Part shown: positions 40,145 through 49,551 of the stretch, one piece after another
How positions within the stretch are numbered: the first letter of the stretch is position 1
Layout of the letters: each line of letters opens with the position of its first letter
From: Syntrophomonadaceae bacterium
GTDB lineage: Bacteria; Bacillota; Dethiobacteria; DTU022; UBA8154
Reading direction: 5' to 3'
Length of the DNA stretch: 52,031 bases
NCBI GenBank assembly: GCA_007131175.1
Contig: SLRC01000059.1
Location: 1 to 52,031 of the forward strand
The notes under the pieces: model-generated
Database searches by the model: none
Seen by the model: only the letters and a program-made list of their open reading frames with translations
What the model was told of the DNA's origin: nothing
Translations under genes and position numbers: made by a program

Positions 40145-41407
40145 CTAATCCTGTTTCAAAGGATCATTTATTGCGGTTTCATCCCTGCTTATTGACTCTG
40201 TTTTGTTAGTTGTTTCAGCATTACTATCCGGTTCAGGATCTGATTGTTTCTTCTCCTGCACCAGTTCACCAGTTTCCCCCACATCTCCCGTATTACTTTC
40301 CCCATTACCAATAATACCATTGTTAGCTTCAGCAGGTGGTTCAGACCCCGCCTGTTGCTTAACACCGTATTTTTCCAGATAAGTGGATTCACTTACAATG
40401 TCTATTTTCCATCCGGACAGTCTTGCAGCCAGGCGGACATTCTGTCCCTCCCGTCCGATTGCAAGTGACAACTGGTAGTCAGGAACAATTGCAATAGCCG
40501 ATTTGGCTGTCTCATTCAATTTTATCTTGACCGTCTTGGCAGGGCTTAGCGTACTGGCCAAGAATATTTCCCGATCATCGTTCCACTCCAGTATATCAAT
40601 CTTTTCTCCATTAAGTTCACTAACTATAGCCTGGACTCTTGAACCCTTTGGTCCTACACAGGCGCCCACCGGATCCACATCCCTGTTCCGTGAGAAAACA
40701 GCGATTTTTGAGCGATTGCCAGGTTCACGGGCCACAGATTTTATTTCGACTATTCCATTATATATTTCGGGTACTTCCAGTTCAAACAAACGCTTTAGTA
40801 ATCCCGGATGGGTTCTGGAAATAAAAATCTGTGGCCCCTTTGTCGTTTTCCGGACCTCAGTTATATATGCTTTGATCCGATCTCCCTGCCGGTAGTTTTC
40901 ACCAAGCAACTGTTCACTTGCCGGCAAGATAGCTTCGGCTCGGCCAAGGTTTACAACAGCGTTTTTTTGTTCAAAACGATGTATTACCCCAGTAACGATA
41001 TCGTCTTCCCGATCAATATATTCTTCATATATTAACTCCCGTTCCGCCTCCCTAATCCGTTGAATCACAACCTGTTTAGCAGTCTGGGCAGCTATGCGTC
41101 CAAAGTTGCTTGGCGTAACCTCTACTTCAATAACGTCTCCAGGTTTGCTCAGGGGATTTATATTCTTAGCTTGCTCCAAAGAAATCTCCTGCTGTGGTTG
41201 TGCAACCTCTTCAACCACATTGTAACAGGAAAAAACATTAATTGTTCCTTCTTCCCTTTCAATATGTACCCTTACATTGTGAGCCGAACTAAAATTTCTC
41301 CTGTATGCAGAAATAAGTGCCGCCTCTATTGCTTCAAAGAGGGTATCTTTATTAATGCCTTTTTCTTTTTCAAGGGCATGCAAGGCAAGCAAAAAATCCT
41401 CATTCAA
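40145..41407 (-). CDS. nusA: Transcription termination/antitermination factor NusA
   Basis: N-terminal domain, S1 and two KH domains, plus an acidic low-complexity C-terminal tail. Confidence 0.96.
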   Translation of the reverse strand: MNEDFLLALHALEKEKGINKDTLFEAIEAALISAYRRNFSSAHNVRVHIEREEGTINVFSCYNVVEEVAQPQQEISLEQAKNINPLSKPGDVIEVEVTPSNFGRIAAQTAKQVVIQRIREAERELIYEEYIDREDDIVTGVIHRFEQKNAVVNLGRAEAILPASEQLLGENYRQGDRIKAYITEVRKTTKGPQIFISRTHPGLLKRLFELEVPEIYNGIVEIKSVAREPGNRSKIAVFSRNRDVDPVGACVGPKGSRVQAIVSELNGEKIDILEWNDDREIFLASTLSPAKTVKIKLNETAKSAIAIVPDYQLSLAIGREGQNVRLAARLSGWKIDIVSESTYLEKYGVKQQAGSEPPAEANNGIIGNGESNTGDVGETGELVQEKKQSDPEPDSNAETTNKTESISRDETAINDPLKQD

Positions 41408-41413
41408 TTAATT

Positions 41414-41908
41414 CTACCTCCTCGGCTCCTGTTTGTACCAGAGATTAGCCCTGGCTATATCTTTTAGATCAATATTTTTATTTTCCCCATTTTCCAGCAT
41501 TATGGTAAGGGTATTATTGGTAAAATCTTTTAAAATACCACGGAAATTCCTGCTTCCATCAATCTTTTGTAACGTCTTTACTTTTATATCGCTCCCCATA
41601 AAGCGTACAAAATCCTCCACTTTTTTTAACCGTCTTTCAATGCCCGGAGAAGAAATCTCCAGGAAGTATTTGGATGGCAGCGGATCTTCCCGGTCTAAAA
41701 CTTCACCAAGAAACTTGCTAACCTTCTGACAATCTTCCAATGAAACACCTTCAAGACTGTCAATATAAACCACTATATGGGGCTTGCCTTCAGCTTTTTT
41801 CCATTCCACATCAACTAATTCATAGCCAATCTGTTCCACTGCCGTTGCAACCAGCGTTTCCACCGTTGCTAAATAATGCCTGTGTTCCCGCTGTTCCTTC
41901 TCAACCAT
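41414..41908 (-). CDS. rimP: Ribosome maturation factor RimP
   Basis: RimP family and its position before nusA. I prefer the ATG at 41908. The track's extension covers the leader hairpin. Confidence 0.85.
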   Translation of the reverse strand: MVEKEQREHRHYLATVETLVATAVEQIGYELVDVEWKKAEGKPHIVVYIDSLEGVSLEDCQKVSKFLGEVLDREDPLPSKYFLEISSPGIERRLKKVEDFVRFMGSDIKVKTLQKIDGSRNFRGILKDFTNNTLTIMLENGENKNIDLKDIARANLWYKQEPRR

Positions 41909-41936
41909 GCCAGTAACCCCCAGGCTTAAGTATGAA

Positions 41937-41963
41937 CAAAGAGTGGGAAAGGCCCACTCTTTG
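41937..41963 (-). promoter_or_regulatory. 11-bp hairpin in the rimP-nusA-infB leader (attenuator candidate)
   Basis: CAAAGAGUGGG-ccuuu-CCCACUCUUUG followed by UUCAUACUU. It lies between the predicted promoter and the rimP ATG. Confidence 0.55.
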
Positions 41964-41991
41964 AAATGCACGCACTATTACTCCAGAAAAT

Positions 41992-42020
41992 ATTTTAACA
42001 CATCTTACAAAAACTTGCAA
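41992..42020 (-). promoter_or_regulatory. Sigma-A-type promoter of the rimP-nusA-infB operon
   Basis: Minus strand: TTGCAA, 17-nt spacer, TAAAAT. Confidence 0.55.
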
Positions 42021-42063
42021 GCAAAGTGGTATCTCAGACAGGCATTCCCTGGGCAAACATGGG

Positions 42064-42705
42064 TCATTTCAGGGAACTGGCGCGTGTAAGATATTTAACT
42101 ATCTCCCAGTACATCTTCATACGGGCGGCCATACCTTTCCAAACACCCAGCTTTTCTTCCTTCATTACATGTGACATATCGGAGAGAACCACTTCCTGCA
42201 CTATAGTTCCTGATGATTCCATGAACCTGTTTAATGCAACCTCAACACCAAAGCGGGCAACATCAATATCGGATATCTGCTCAAGCAGTGAAAATTTTAC
42301 GGCCCGCTGACCTGATAATTGGGGAGCCATTTTTTGGGCTAAATCGGTGGCGATTCTCCCCTTTTCAAAAATACCGATGGTCATATCCGCTCCATCCTCA
42401 AGAACAGGCTTTAAAAGGCTGTTTACATGCTCAACTGTAAGCCCGATCAAGTCAGCATCTAAAAATAGAACCACATCGGCCTTAAAGTTTTCAAGACCCG
42501 CCTTTAAGGCCCCACCCTTGCCACGATTCTCTTCCAGATCAACCACTTCAACATTAAAATTTCTTGCCACTTCTACTGTATTGTCGGTGGAACCATCACT
42601 AACAACAATTATTTGCTTGATTAAAGTAGCCTTTTCTAAAACCTGAAGAACATCGCCGATGGTTTTCTCCTCATTAAATGCGGGAATAATGGCGATAATT
42701 TCCAT
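42064..42705 (-). CDS. Family 2 glycosyltransferase (small, soluble-type)
   Basis: IIPAFNEE, VVSDGSTD and DADL motifs. I re-set the start to ATG at 42705, 7 nt after GGAGG. Confidence 0.8.
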   Translation of the reverse strand: MEIIAIIPAFNEEKTIGDVLQVLEKATLIKQIIVVSDGSTDNTVEVARNFNVEVVDLEENRGKGGALKAGLENFKADVVLFLDADLIGLTVEHVNSLLKPVLEDGADMTIGIFEKGRIATDLAQKMAPQLSGQRAVKFSLLEQISDIDVARFGVEVALNRFMESSGTIVQEVVLSDMSHVMKEEKLGVWKGMAARMKMYWEIVKYLTRASSLK

Positions 42706-42727
42706 CTTATTGCCTCCGTCTTTTTGT

Positions 42728-43822
42728 TTAAATTCCATGGGTCCTGTTTTGAAAGCACAACTGCAAAATCGTCTCTTGTAATATTTCGGCAAGTTCGGAA
42801 AAAGGAACCTTTTTGATTACCTTCCCTTCCCTGAATATAATTGCAAAACCCCTGCCTCCTGAAACACCCACATGGGCATCACGGGCCTCGCCCGGTCCAT
42901 TAACGGGGCAACCCATTACCGCAATTTTTAAGGGAAATGCAGTTAACAGCTCATTATTCTTCTTGATGATATCTTCCACCATGTCCACAATTGCCGGAAG
43001 ATCAATATCACAACGGGCACAGGTTGGGCAGGAAATAATCTCAGGGCCAAACCTTCTTATTCCGGCAGCTTGAAGAATTTCCCGGGCAACGGGAATTTCT
43101 TCCACCGGATTTCCAGTTAACGAAACACGTATTGTATCACCAATACCCTTCAATAAAAGGGAACCTATGCCCATGGTTGATTTTACTATGCCCTTTAGTC
43201 CCCTTCCTGCTTCAGTTATACCTAAGTGCAGGGGATACGATACGCGCAAGGAAACTTTTTCATACGCCTGTACACTAGTTAAAACATCGGCAGCTTTCAG
43301 GGAAAGTATCAGTTGATCAAATTTATGTTTTTCAAAAAAGTCCAGGGTGCGCATCGCCGTTTCTTCCAGGGCCTCAACCGTCACCCCGCCATGCCTCTTA
43401 CGCAAATCCCTTGGGATGGAGCCCGCATTCACACCAATCCGGATAGGTATATTTTTATCTCTTGCCCGGTCAATAATACGCTGCAGCTTGTCTTCCCCAC
43501 CAATATTGCCTGGATTGATCCTAATTTTATCCACTCCTGCATCAAGCGCCATGATCGCTAGTCGATAATCAAAGTGAATGTCGGCAACAAGGGGAATTAT
43601 AATGTTATTTTTTATAATTTCCAGTGATCTTGCCGCTCTTTCATCGGGAACGGCAACACGGACGATTTCACACCCCGCATTTACCAGCATTTCAATCTGT
43701 TGCAACGTTTCATCAACATTCGTTGTATCTGTATTTGTCATTGATTGGATGGAGACCGGTGCACCGCCACCGACGGTCACAGAACCCACCTTAACCGGCA
43801 TCGAAAGGCGCAAAGCCATCAC
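42728..43822 (-). CDS. ispG: 4-hydroxy-3-methylbut-2-en-1-yl diphosphate synthase
   Basis: GcpE/IspG family (VAVPD, RINPGNIG, C-terminal CPxCxRC..GCxVNGPGE). Confidence 0.95.
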   Translation of the reverse strand: MMALRLSMPVKVGSVTVGGGAPVSIQSMTNTDTTNVDETLQQIEMLVNAGCEIVRVAVPDERAARSLEIIKNNIIIPLVADIHFDYRLAIMALDAGVDKIRINPGNIGGEDKLQRIIDRARDKNIPIRIGVNAGSIPRDLRKRHGGVTVEALEETAMRTLDFFEKHKFDQLILSLKAADVLTSVQAYEKVSLRVSYPLHLGITEAGRGLKGIVKSTMGIGSLLLKGIGDTIRVSLTGNPVEEIPVAREILQAAGIRRFGPEIISCPTCARCDIDLPAIVDMVEDIIKKNNELLTAFPLKIAVMGCPVNGPGEARDAHVGVSGGRGFAIIFREGKVIKKVPFSELAEILQETILQLCFQNRTHGI

Positions 43823-43829
43823 TCCTGAA

Positions 43830-44843
43830 TTAAAGCAACCGAAAGATATCCTGGAACGAGATAAATATCATTAGCATAATCAACATGGCAAATCCAACAA
43901 AATGTATGAAACCCTCTTTTTGTGGATCGATGGGTTTTCCCCTGATTCCCTCCAGCGACAGAAAAAGCAACCTGCTCCCGTCAAGGGCAGGGATGGGTAA
44001 AAGGTTAATAATACCCAAGTTTATGCTGATTATAGCTGCCAGGGAGATGAGATTACTAAAACCTGTTTGCATGACCTCACCCACAACAGCCACAATACCA
44101 ACCGGACCTGCCACATCAGCAGGGATAATACCTGTAATCATTTGATAGAAACTGACAAAGATCAGCTTGACAAAAAACCACGTATAGCTAAGTCCCCAAT
44201 ATATGGAAGGGAAAAAGGAAAACTTTTTATATTCGGGCGTAATGCCAATAATTCCTCTCCCATTTTGGTCTTCAGGAATAACAGTAATTGCCTGTTGCTG
44301 ACCGTTCCTCTCTAACTGAAGCAGAACTTCCCGCTCCGGATTTGCATTAATGCGAGTTACAACGTCTGTCCAGGCTTGCACATTTTCCCCGTTAACTGAA
44401 AGGATAAGATCCCCACTTTGTAACCCCACTTCCTCGGCCCGGCTATCAGAAAGCACCTCGCCAATTCGGGCGGTATGTTGCTGGGGCACACCAAGGAAGA
44501 CAAAGTACATCATTGAAAAAAGGAGAACGGCTAAAACAAAATTCATCAACGGACCGGCAACAATAACAGCAAAACGTGCAGGAACAGACTTGCTCTGGAA
44601 ATTACCTTCCTGTTCCTGTTCTTCCGCATCCTCCCCCAGAAGGCGACAAAAACCCCCCAGGGGGAAAAGGCGCAGCGTATAACGTGTTCCATCCTTTTCC
44701 CAGCCGATTAACTCTTTGCCAAAGCCAAGGGCAAACTCCAGCACTTTGACGCCTGCTTTCCTCGCAGCAATAAAATGACCAAGTTCGTGGACAAAAATAA
44801 GTAAACCAAAGATAAAGATAGAGGCAATAATGGTACTGACCAC
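43830..44843 (-). CDS. rseP: RIP site-2 metalloprotease RseP/RasP
   Basis: HELGHF motif, a PDZ region and NLLPIPALDG. Confidence 0.92.
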   Translation of the reverse strand: MVSTIIASIFIFGLLIFVHELGHFIAARKAGVKVLEFALGFGKELIGWEKDGTRYTLRLFPLGGFCRLLGEDAEEQEQEGNFQSKSVPARFAVIVAGPLMNFVLAVLLFSMMYFVFLGVPQQHTARIGEVLSDSRAEEVGLQSGDLILSVNGENVQAWTDVVTRINANPEREVLLQLERNGQQQAITVIPEDQNGRGIIGITPEYKKFSFFPSIYWGLSYTWFFVKLIFVSFYQMITGIIPADVAGPVGIVAVVGEVMQTGFSNLISLAAIISINLGIINLLPIPALDGSRLLFLSLEGIRGKPIDPQKEGFIHFVGFAMLIMLMIFISFQDIFRLL

Positions 44844-44897
44844 AATAATACGCTCCTCTTTTCCCGCTTTTAGTCCGGTTAACCGCTGGCAGTTTTT

Positions 44898-46052
44898 TTA
44901 TCCCTTAATTATTGCTGCCGCCTCTTCCCGGGCCCAGCCATCGGCATCCATAATTTCTTGAAGAGACGGATGCTGTTTAACCTTATGCCGGCCCATTACC
45001 TCTGCCAGCAGAGCGGGTATTTGTAAAAATGAAATTCTATCTTCCAAAAAATAACGTACAGCAATTTCATCTGCACCATTGAGAACAGCCGGTAAAGTTC
45101 CCCCTTTATGCAACGCTTGATATGCCAAGCCGAGGCAAGGAAATTCTTCTGTGGAAGGGGGCAAAAAGTGAAGTGCATGACTTTGCCCCCAATTAAAGCG
45201 TGGAAAAGGGTTGACCCATCTCTCAGGGTAGCTAAGTGCATACTGGATCGGTACAAGCATATCTGGAAGGCCTAACTGTGCAATAATTGACCCATCCACG
45301 AACTCCACCATGGAATGGACAATACTCTCGGGATGGATCGTAACCTGGATCTGCTCGGTTTTCAAATTAAAAAGATGATAAGCTTCTATTACCTCAAAAC
45401 CTTTGTTCATCAACGTAGCTGAATCTACGGTAATCCGGGGACCCATCTGCCAGTTCGGATGTTTCAATGCCTGTTTAGATGAAACTTTAGCCAAATCCTC
45501 CCTGTTTTTTCCCAGAAATGGTCCTCCGGAAGCCGTAAGTATCACGTGTTTCAATTCGCTGTTATTCCCGGCATGAAGGCACTGGAAAATAGCTGCATGC
45601 TCACTGTCAATGGGCATTATAACGGTATTATGATGACGAGCTTCTTCCATAACAATTTCACCGGCAGCCACGAGGGTTTCTTTATTGGCAAGGGCCACTT
45701 TTTTCCCTGCCCTGATAGCTGTCAGTGTAGGTATTAGTCCGCTAAAACCAACAACGGCAACAACCACAACATCAGCTTCGGGCCATGCGGATATTTCCAC
45801 TAAACCTTTTGCCCCGGCAAGCACCTTTATGGGTAAATCCTTAAGTCCCCCTTTTAACTCAGCAGCCATTTTTTCATTAGCTACAACCACAACATCTGGC
45901 TTAAATTTCCGGGCCTGTTCCTGCAAGAGTGAAATATTATTAGCTGTACTGAGGGCACAAACATTGAATTTATCCTTAAACTGCTCTATTATTTTTAAAG
46001 TCTGAACACCGATAGAACCGGTTGACCCAAGAACCACCACGCGTTGTACCAT
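44898..46052 (-). CDS. dxr: 1-deoxy-D-xylulose 5-phosphate reductoisomerase
   Basis: LGSTGSIG, ANKE and DSEH motifs. Confidence 0.96.
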   Translation of the reverse strand: MVQRVVVLGSTGSIGVQTLKIIEQFKDKFNVCALSTANNISLLQEQARKFKPDVVVVANEKMAAELKGGLKDLPIKVLAGAKGLVEISAWPEADVVVVAVVGFSGLIPTLTAIRAGKKVALANKETLVAAGEIVMEEARHHNTVIMPIDSEHAAIFQCLHAGNNSELKHVILTASGGPFLGKNREDLAKVSSKQALKHPNWQMGPRITVDSATLMNKGFEVIEAYHLFNLKTEQIQVTIHPESIVHSMVEFVDGSIIAQLGLPDMLVPIQYALSYPERWVNPFPRFNWGQSHALHFLPPSTEEFPCLGLAYQALHKGGTLPAVLNGADEIAVRYFLEDRISFLQIPALLAEVMGRHKVKQHPSLQEIMDADGWAREEAAAIIKG

Positions 46053-46075
46053 AATACTCTAAACTCCCTCTAATT

Positions 46076-46103
46076 ATTATACCAGAATTCCAGTTCAAGT
46101 AAA
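46076..46103 (-). promoter_or_regulatory. Extended -10 promoter candidate upstream of dxr
   Basis: Minus strand: TTTACT, 16-nt spacer, TGgTATAAT. Confidence 0.4.
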
Positions 46104-46126
46104 TATCTGCAAAATTCATGGGATAT

Positions 46127-46148
46127 TGGACACCACTTGGACACCACA
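46127..46148. repeat. Perfect tandem 11-mer (TTGGACACCAC x2) upstream of the dxr promoter
   Basis: Read directly from the sequence. It lies about 25-45 bp upstream of the candidate -35. Confidence 0.9.
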
Positions 46149-46173
46149 ATGAATGTTTCCTATGATAATTTGT

Positions 46174-46968
46174 TTAAATCATGAAATAGTGCGAATAAAT
46201 GTAAAAGAAAGGAGCCGCAAAGAATAGGCTGTCAAACCGATCTAAAATGCCCCCGTGCCCCGGCAGCAAGTCCCCTGAATCTTTGACCCCGGCACTGCGC
46301 TTCAATGCTGACTGTGTGAGGTCTCCCAAGGTCCCTGTTACACCTGTAAGAAACCCCAGTCGTATGCCCATACCAATACTTATTAAATTATCAGGAATAA
46401 ATAACGCCAAAACAATACCGGCAGACGCACTTGCTAAAAGTCCCGCTATCATACCCTCAATCGTTTTTTTAGGACTTATGGCAGGTACAAGCAACCTGCG
46501 TCCAAAGCGGCTCCCCCATAAATAAGCAAAAACATCGTTGGACCAGATAACAACCAATAAAAAAATAATAAAATAATAACCCCCTGGAAGCATCCGCGTG
46601 GCAACCAAATAGCCGGCAAGTCCACCTGTATATATAATACCCCAAAAGGCAATAGCAGAATCCCAATATTTAACTCTTCCGTAGAAAAACACGGACAACA
46701 GGCTAAACGTAATAAATAAAAGAGCCAACAGAGAGATTAACAAGGATGGATTTTCCTGGTAAATTGCAAAAAATAGCAAGGGAATAATCAAATATCCTGC
46801 TAACTCAAACGGTCGCCAATCATCATTTTTCATCAGTGCGTTGTACTCTTTTAACCCCAAAAGGGCAATAAGAAGGATAAACAGGGTAAACCAATAATTA
46901 CCCAGATAAACAAAGAAAAGTAACACAGGTATACCGAGTACCGCAGTTAGCACCCTGGTCTTTAACAT
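46174..46968 (-). CDS. cdsA: Phosphatidate cytidylyltransferase
   Basis: Polytopic CdsA with the C-terminal signature (SALKRSAGVKDSGDLLPGHGGILDRFDS). Confidence 0.93.
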   Translation of the reverse strand: MLKTRVLTAVLGIPVLLFFVYLGNYWFTLFILLIALLGLKEYNALMKNDDWRPFELAGYLIIPLLFFAIYQENPSLLISLLALLFITFSLLSVFFYGRVKYWDSAIAFWGIIYTGGLAGYLVATRMLPGGYYFIIFLLVVIWSNDVFAYLWGSRFGRRLLVPAISPKKTIEGMIAGLLASASAGIVLALFIPDNLISIGMGIRLGFLTGVTGTLGDLTQSALKRSAGVKDSGDLLPGHGGILDRFDSLFFAAPFFYIYSHYFMI

Positions 46969-46996
46969 TAACCCACCTCGTTTAATATTTGTTCAT

Positions 46997-47746
46997 TTAT
47001 TTATTTATTCCTCCAAATCTTCGATCCCGTTTTTGATACTCGTTGATTGCCCTTAAAAAATGTTCCCTGTTAAAGTCTGGCCAGAGGATCCGGGTAAACC
47101 ACATTTCCGTATAGGCAATTTGCCAGAGCAGAAAATTACTGATGCGCAATTCGCCGCTGGGTCGGATCAGAAGATCAGGATCGGGGACGCCACGCATATA
47201 AAGATGTTCAGCAAATATGTGGCTGTCAATTTTATTTATATCCAAATTCCCTTCCACTACTTTTTGAGCAATCTGCTTGACAGCATCCACGATTTCAGTT
47301 CGTCCGCCGTAGTTCAGTGCAAAATTGATGGTCAGGCCCGTATTATTTCGGGTACTTTCAAGGGCATAATTCACTGCACTTAAAGTTTTTCTGGGAAGAC
47401 GGCTGAGATCTCCTATTGCTTTAATCACTACATTTTTTTCCATCAGGGTGCACAATTCTTTTTGCAGGTACTCTTCCGGAAGTTTCATTAAATACTTTAC
47501 TTCCCAAGGCGGTCTTTTCCAATTTTCCGTAGAAAAAGCATAAAAGGTCATCACTTTTATACCAATTTCAGCGGCACAACTGATAATCTCCCGCAATGTA
47601 TCCATACCGGCTTTATGGCCGGCAATGCGTGGCAAACCCTTATTTTTGGCCCAGCGGCCATTTCCATCCATGATCACTGCAACATGAGCCGGTATTTCAT
47701 TTTTTTTAACAAGCTTAAGCAATTCTTCGTCTTTCTTTATGCTCAT
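46997..47746 (-). CDS. uppS: Isoprenyl transferase (undecaprenyl diphosphate synthase)
   Basis: HVAVIMDGNGRWA and ELRISNFLLWQ motifs. I prefer the ATG at 47746. Confidence 0.93.
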   Translation of the reverse strand: MSIKKDEELLKLVKKNEIPAHVAVIMDGNGRWAKNKGLPRIAGHKAGMDTLREIISCAAEIGIKVMTFYAFSTENWKRPPWEVKYLMKLPEEYLQKELCTLMEKNVVIKAIGDLSRLPRKTLSAVNYALESTRNNTGLTINFALNYGGRTEIVDAVKQIAQKVVEGNLDINKIDSHIFAEHLYMRGVPDPDLLIRPSGELRISNFLLWQIAYTEMWFTRILWPDFNREHFLRAINEYQKRDRRFGGINK

Positions 47747-47800
47747 TCTTAAGCCCCCGACATGCATAAATTGACCCCCATTATTGGGGGCAAGTATGAA

Positions 47801-48082
47801 CTAAATTGCTGCAATCTCCAGTGCAATTACCAGTTCAACTACACCTTCTATCCCCTTAGTCTGTCTAATGACCCGATATGCGGGGGATTGCCGCTCCTCG
47901 TTTTTATCTTTGTTCACTTTTCCTGGAGGCCGATACGGTAGTGCTTTTTTAACATAATAAGAGGTGCCCTGTTTCTCCAGTAGCTGTATGGCCCGATCCA
48001 GGGGAAAACCCGTTACATCAGGAATATTATCCTTTTTCATTAAGTTTTCAGTCCTTCTGAACAAATTAACCGTGTCCAGCAA
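47801..48082 (-). CDS. Small hypothetical protein with a PASTA-like segment
   Basis: IPDVTGFPLDRAIQLLEKQG...VIRQTKGIEGVVELVIA resembles a single PASTA repeat. The start is uncertain (TTG at 48082 or ATG at 48040). Confidence 0.4.
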   Translation of the reverse strand: MLDTVNLFRRTENLMKKDNIPDVTGFPLDRAIQLLEKQGTSYYVKKALPYRPPGKVNKDKNEERQSPAYRVIRQTKGIEGVVELVIALEIAAI

Positions 48083-48122
48083 TTGAGATAATGGATACAG
48101 CTTATAAATTTTGTTGTAGCGA

Positions 48123-48677
48123 TTACACTTCCATAATTTCTTTTTCTTTTTCAGCCAGGTAATTATCCACTTCCTCTATCCGCTTGTTTGTCATATCCTG
48201 AACCTCTTCCAGAAAAAGCCTGCGATCATCTTCAGATATGGTGCCCTTCTTTTCTTCACTTTTTAAAGTGTCGTTGCTATCCCGGCGAATATTACGAATC
48301 GCAACCCGTGCATCTTCTGCTTTCTTGCGAACGAATTTCACTAAATCTTTCCGTCTTTCTTCCGTTAGCTGAGGTATGCTGAGTCTGATTACAGTTCCAT
48401 CGTTGTTTGGGGTCAGGCCCAAGTCCGACTTTAGGATAGCCTTTTCCATATCTCCCAGGGCATTTTTATCCCAGGGCTGAACAACAAGCAGCCGTGGTTC
48501 GGGAGTGGTAATGGTGGAAAGCTGATTTAGGGGTGTGGGCGTGTTATAGTAATCAACTACAACCTTGTCCAACAATGATGGGACAGCCCTGCCTGCACGC
48601 AACGTGGAAAGTTCTTTTTTAAACGCTTCCACACTTTTATCCATTCTTCGTTCCGTTTCTTTGAAAATCTCATCCAT
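48123..48677 (-). CDS. frr: Ribosome recycling factor
   Basis: Canonical RRF sequence, 184 aa. Confidence 0.96.
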   Translation of the reverse strand: MDEIFKETERRMDKSVEAFKKELSTLRAGRAVPSLLDKVVVDYYNTPTPLNQLSTITTPEPRLLVVQPWDKNALGDMEKAILKSDLGLTPNNDGTVIRLSIPQLTEERRKDLVKFVRKKAEDARVAIRNIRRDSNDTLKSEEKKGTISEDDRRLFLEEVQDMTNKRIEEVDNYLAEKEKEIMEV

Positions 48678-49401
48678 TGGTCTTCCCCCTTACAATTGTT
48701 CCCAATTTTTCTCCCATTATGACCCTTTTAATATTGCCCGATTTATTCAAACCGAAAACCACCAAAGTAATCCTGTTATCCATACACAGAGATGCGGCCG
48801 TTGAATCCATTACACCGAGACCCTTATTAATTACTTGTATATAACTCATTTCCGTAAATTTAATGGCATCAGGGTTAAGCAGGGGATCCATATCATAAAC
48901 AGCATCCACCTTCCCCTTGGCAAGCAATATCACTTCCGCTTCTATCTCGGCAGCCCGCAAAGCTGCCGTTGTATCTGTGCTGAAATATGGATTGCCCGTG
49001 CCCCCGGCGAAGATTACCACTCTTCCTTTTTCTAAATGACGGATAGCACGGCGTCGTATATATGGTTCTGCCACTTGTTGCATATCGATGGCAGATTGCA
49101 CCCTGGTATCAACCCCAATACTTTCAAGAGCATCCTGCAAGGCAAGTCCATTTATCACTGTGGCCAGCATCCCCATGTAATCTGCTGCAGCCCGGTCCAT
49201 TCCCCGTTCACCGGCATTTGCACCGCGCCAAATGTTTCCTCCTCCCACAACAATAGCTATTTCCACATTAAACTTATTTACTTCTTCGATCTGTTCTGCA
49301 ATGTTTTTTAATACATCATAATCAATGCCGTAGCCTTTTTCACCTGCAAGGGCTTCTCCACTTAACTTCAGCACAATTCTTTTGTAAACAGGTATTGTCA
49401 T
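48670..49401 (-). CDS. pyrH: UMP kinase
   Basis: Canonical PyrH sequence ([17 protein letters not shown]). Confidence 0.96.
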   Translation of the reverse strand: MTIPVYKRIVLKLSGEALAGEKGYGIDYDVLKNIAEQIEEVNKFNVEIAIVVGGGNIWRGANAGERGMDRAAADYMGMLATVINGLALQDALESIGVDTRVQSAIDMQQVAEPYIRRRAIRHLEKGRVVIFAGGTGNPYFSTDTTAALRAAEIEAEVILLAKGKVDAVYDMDPLLNPDAIKFTEMSYIQVINKGLGVMDSTAASLCMDNRITLVVFGLNKSGNIKRVIMGEKLGTIVRGKTNG

Positions 49402-49551
49402 CTATTCCCTCCAAATATATCTAATGCCTTCTGGATTTGGCTTCTTTAAGACATTTTGCCCCAGCAATATTGATTAATTCATCAACACAACACAATTCCA
49501 ACATCTAATTAATTCAACATTAATAAAGCAAATCCTGCCAGAATTTGCTGG

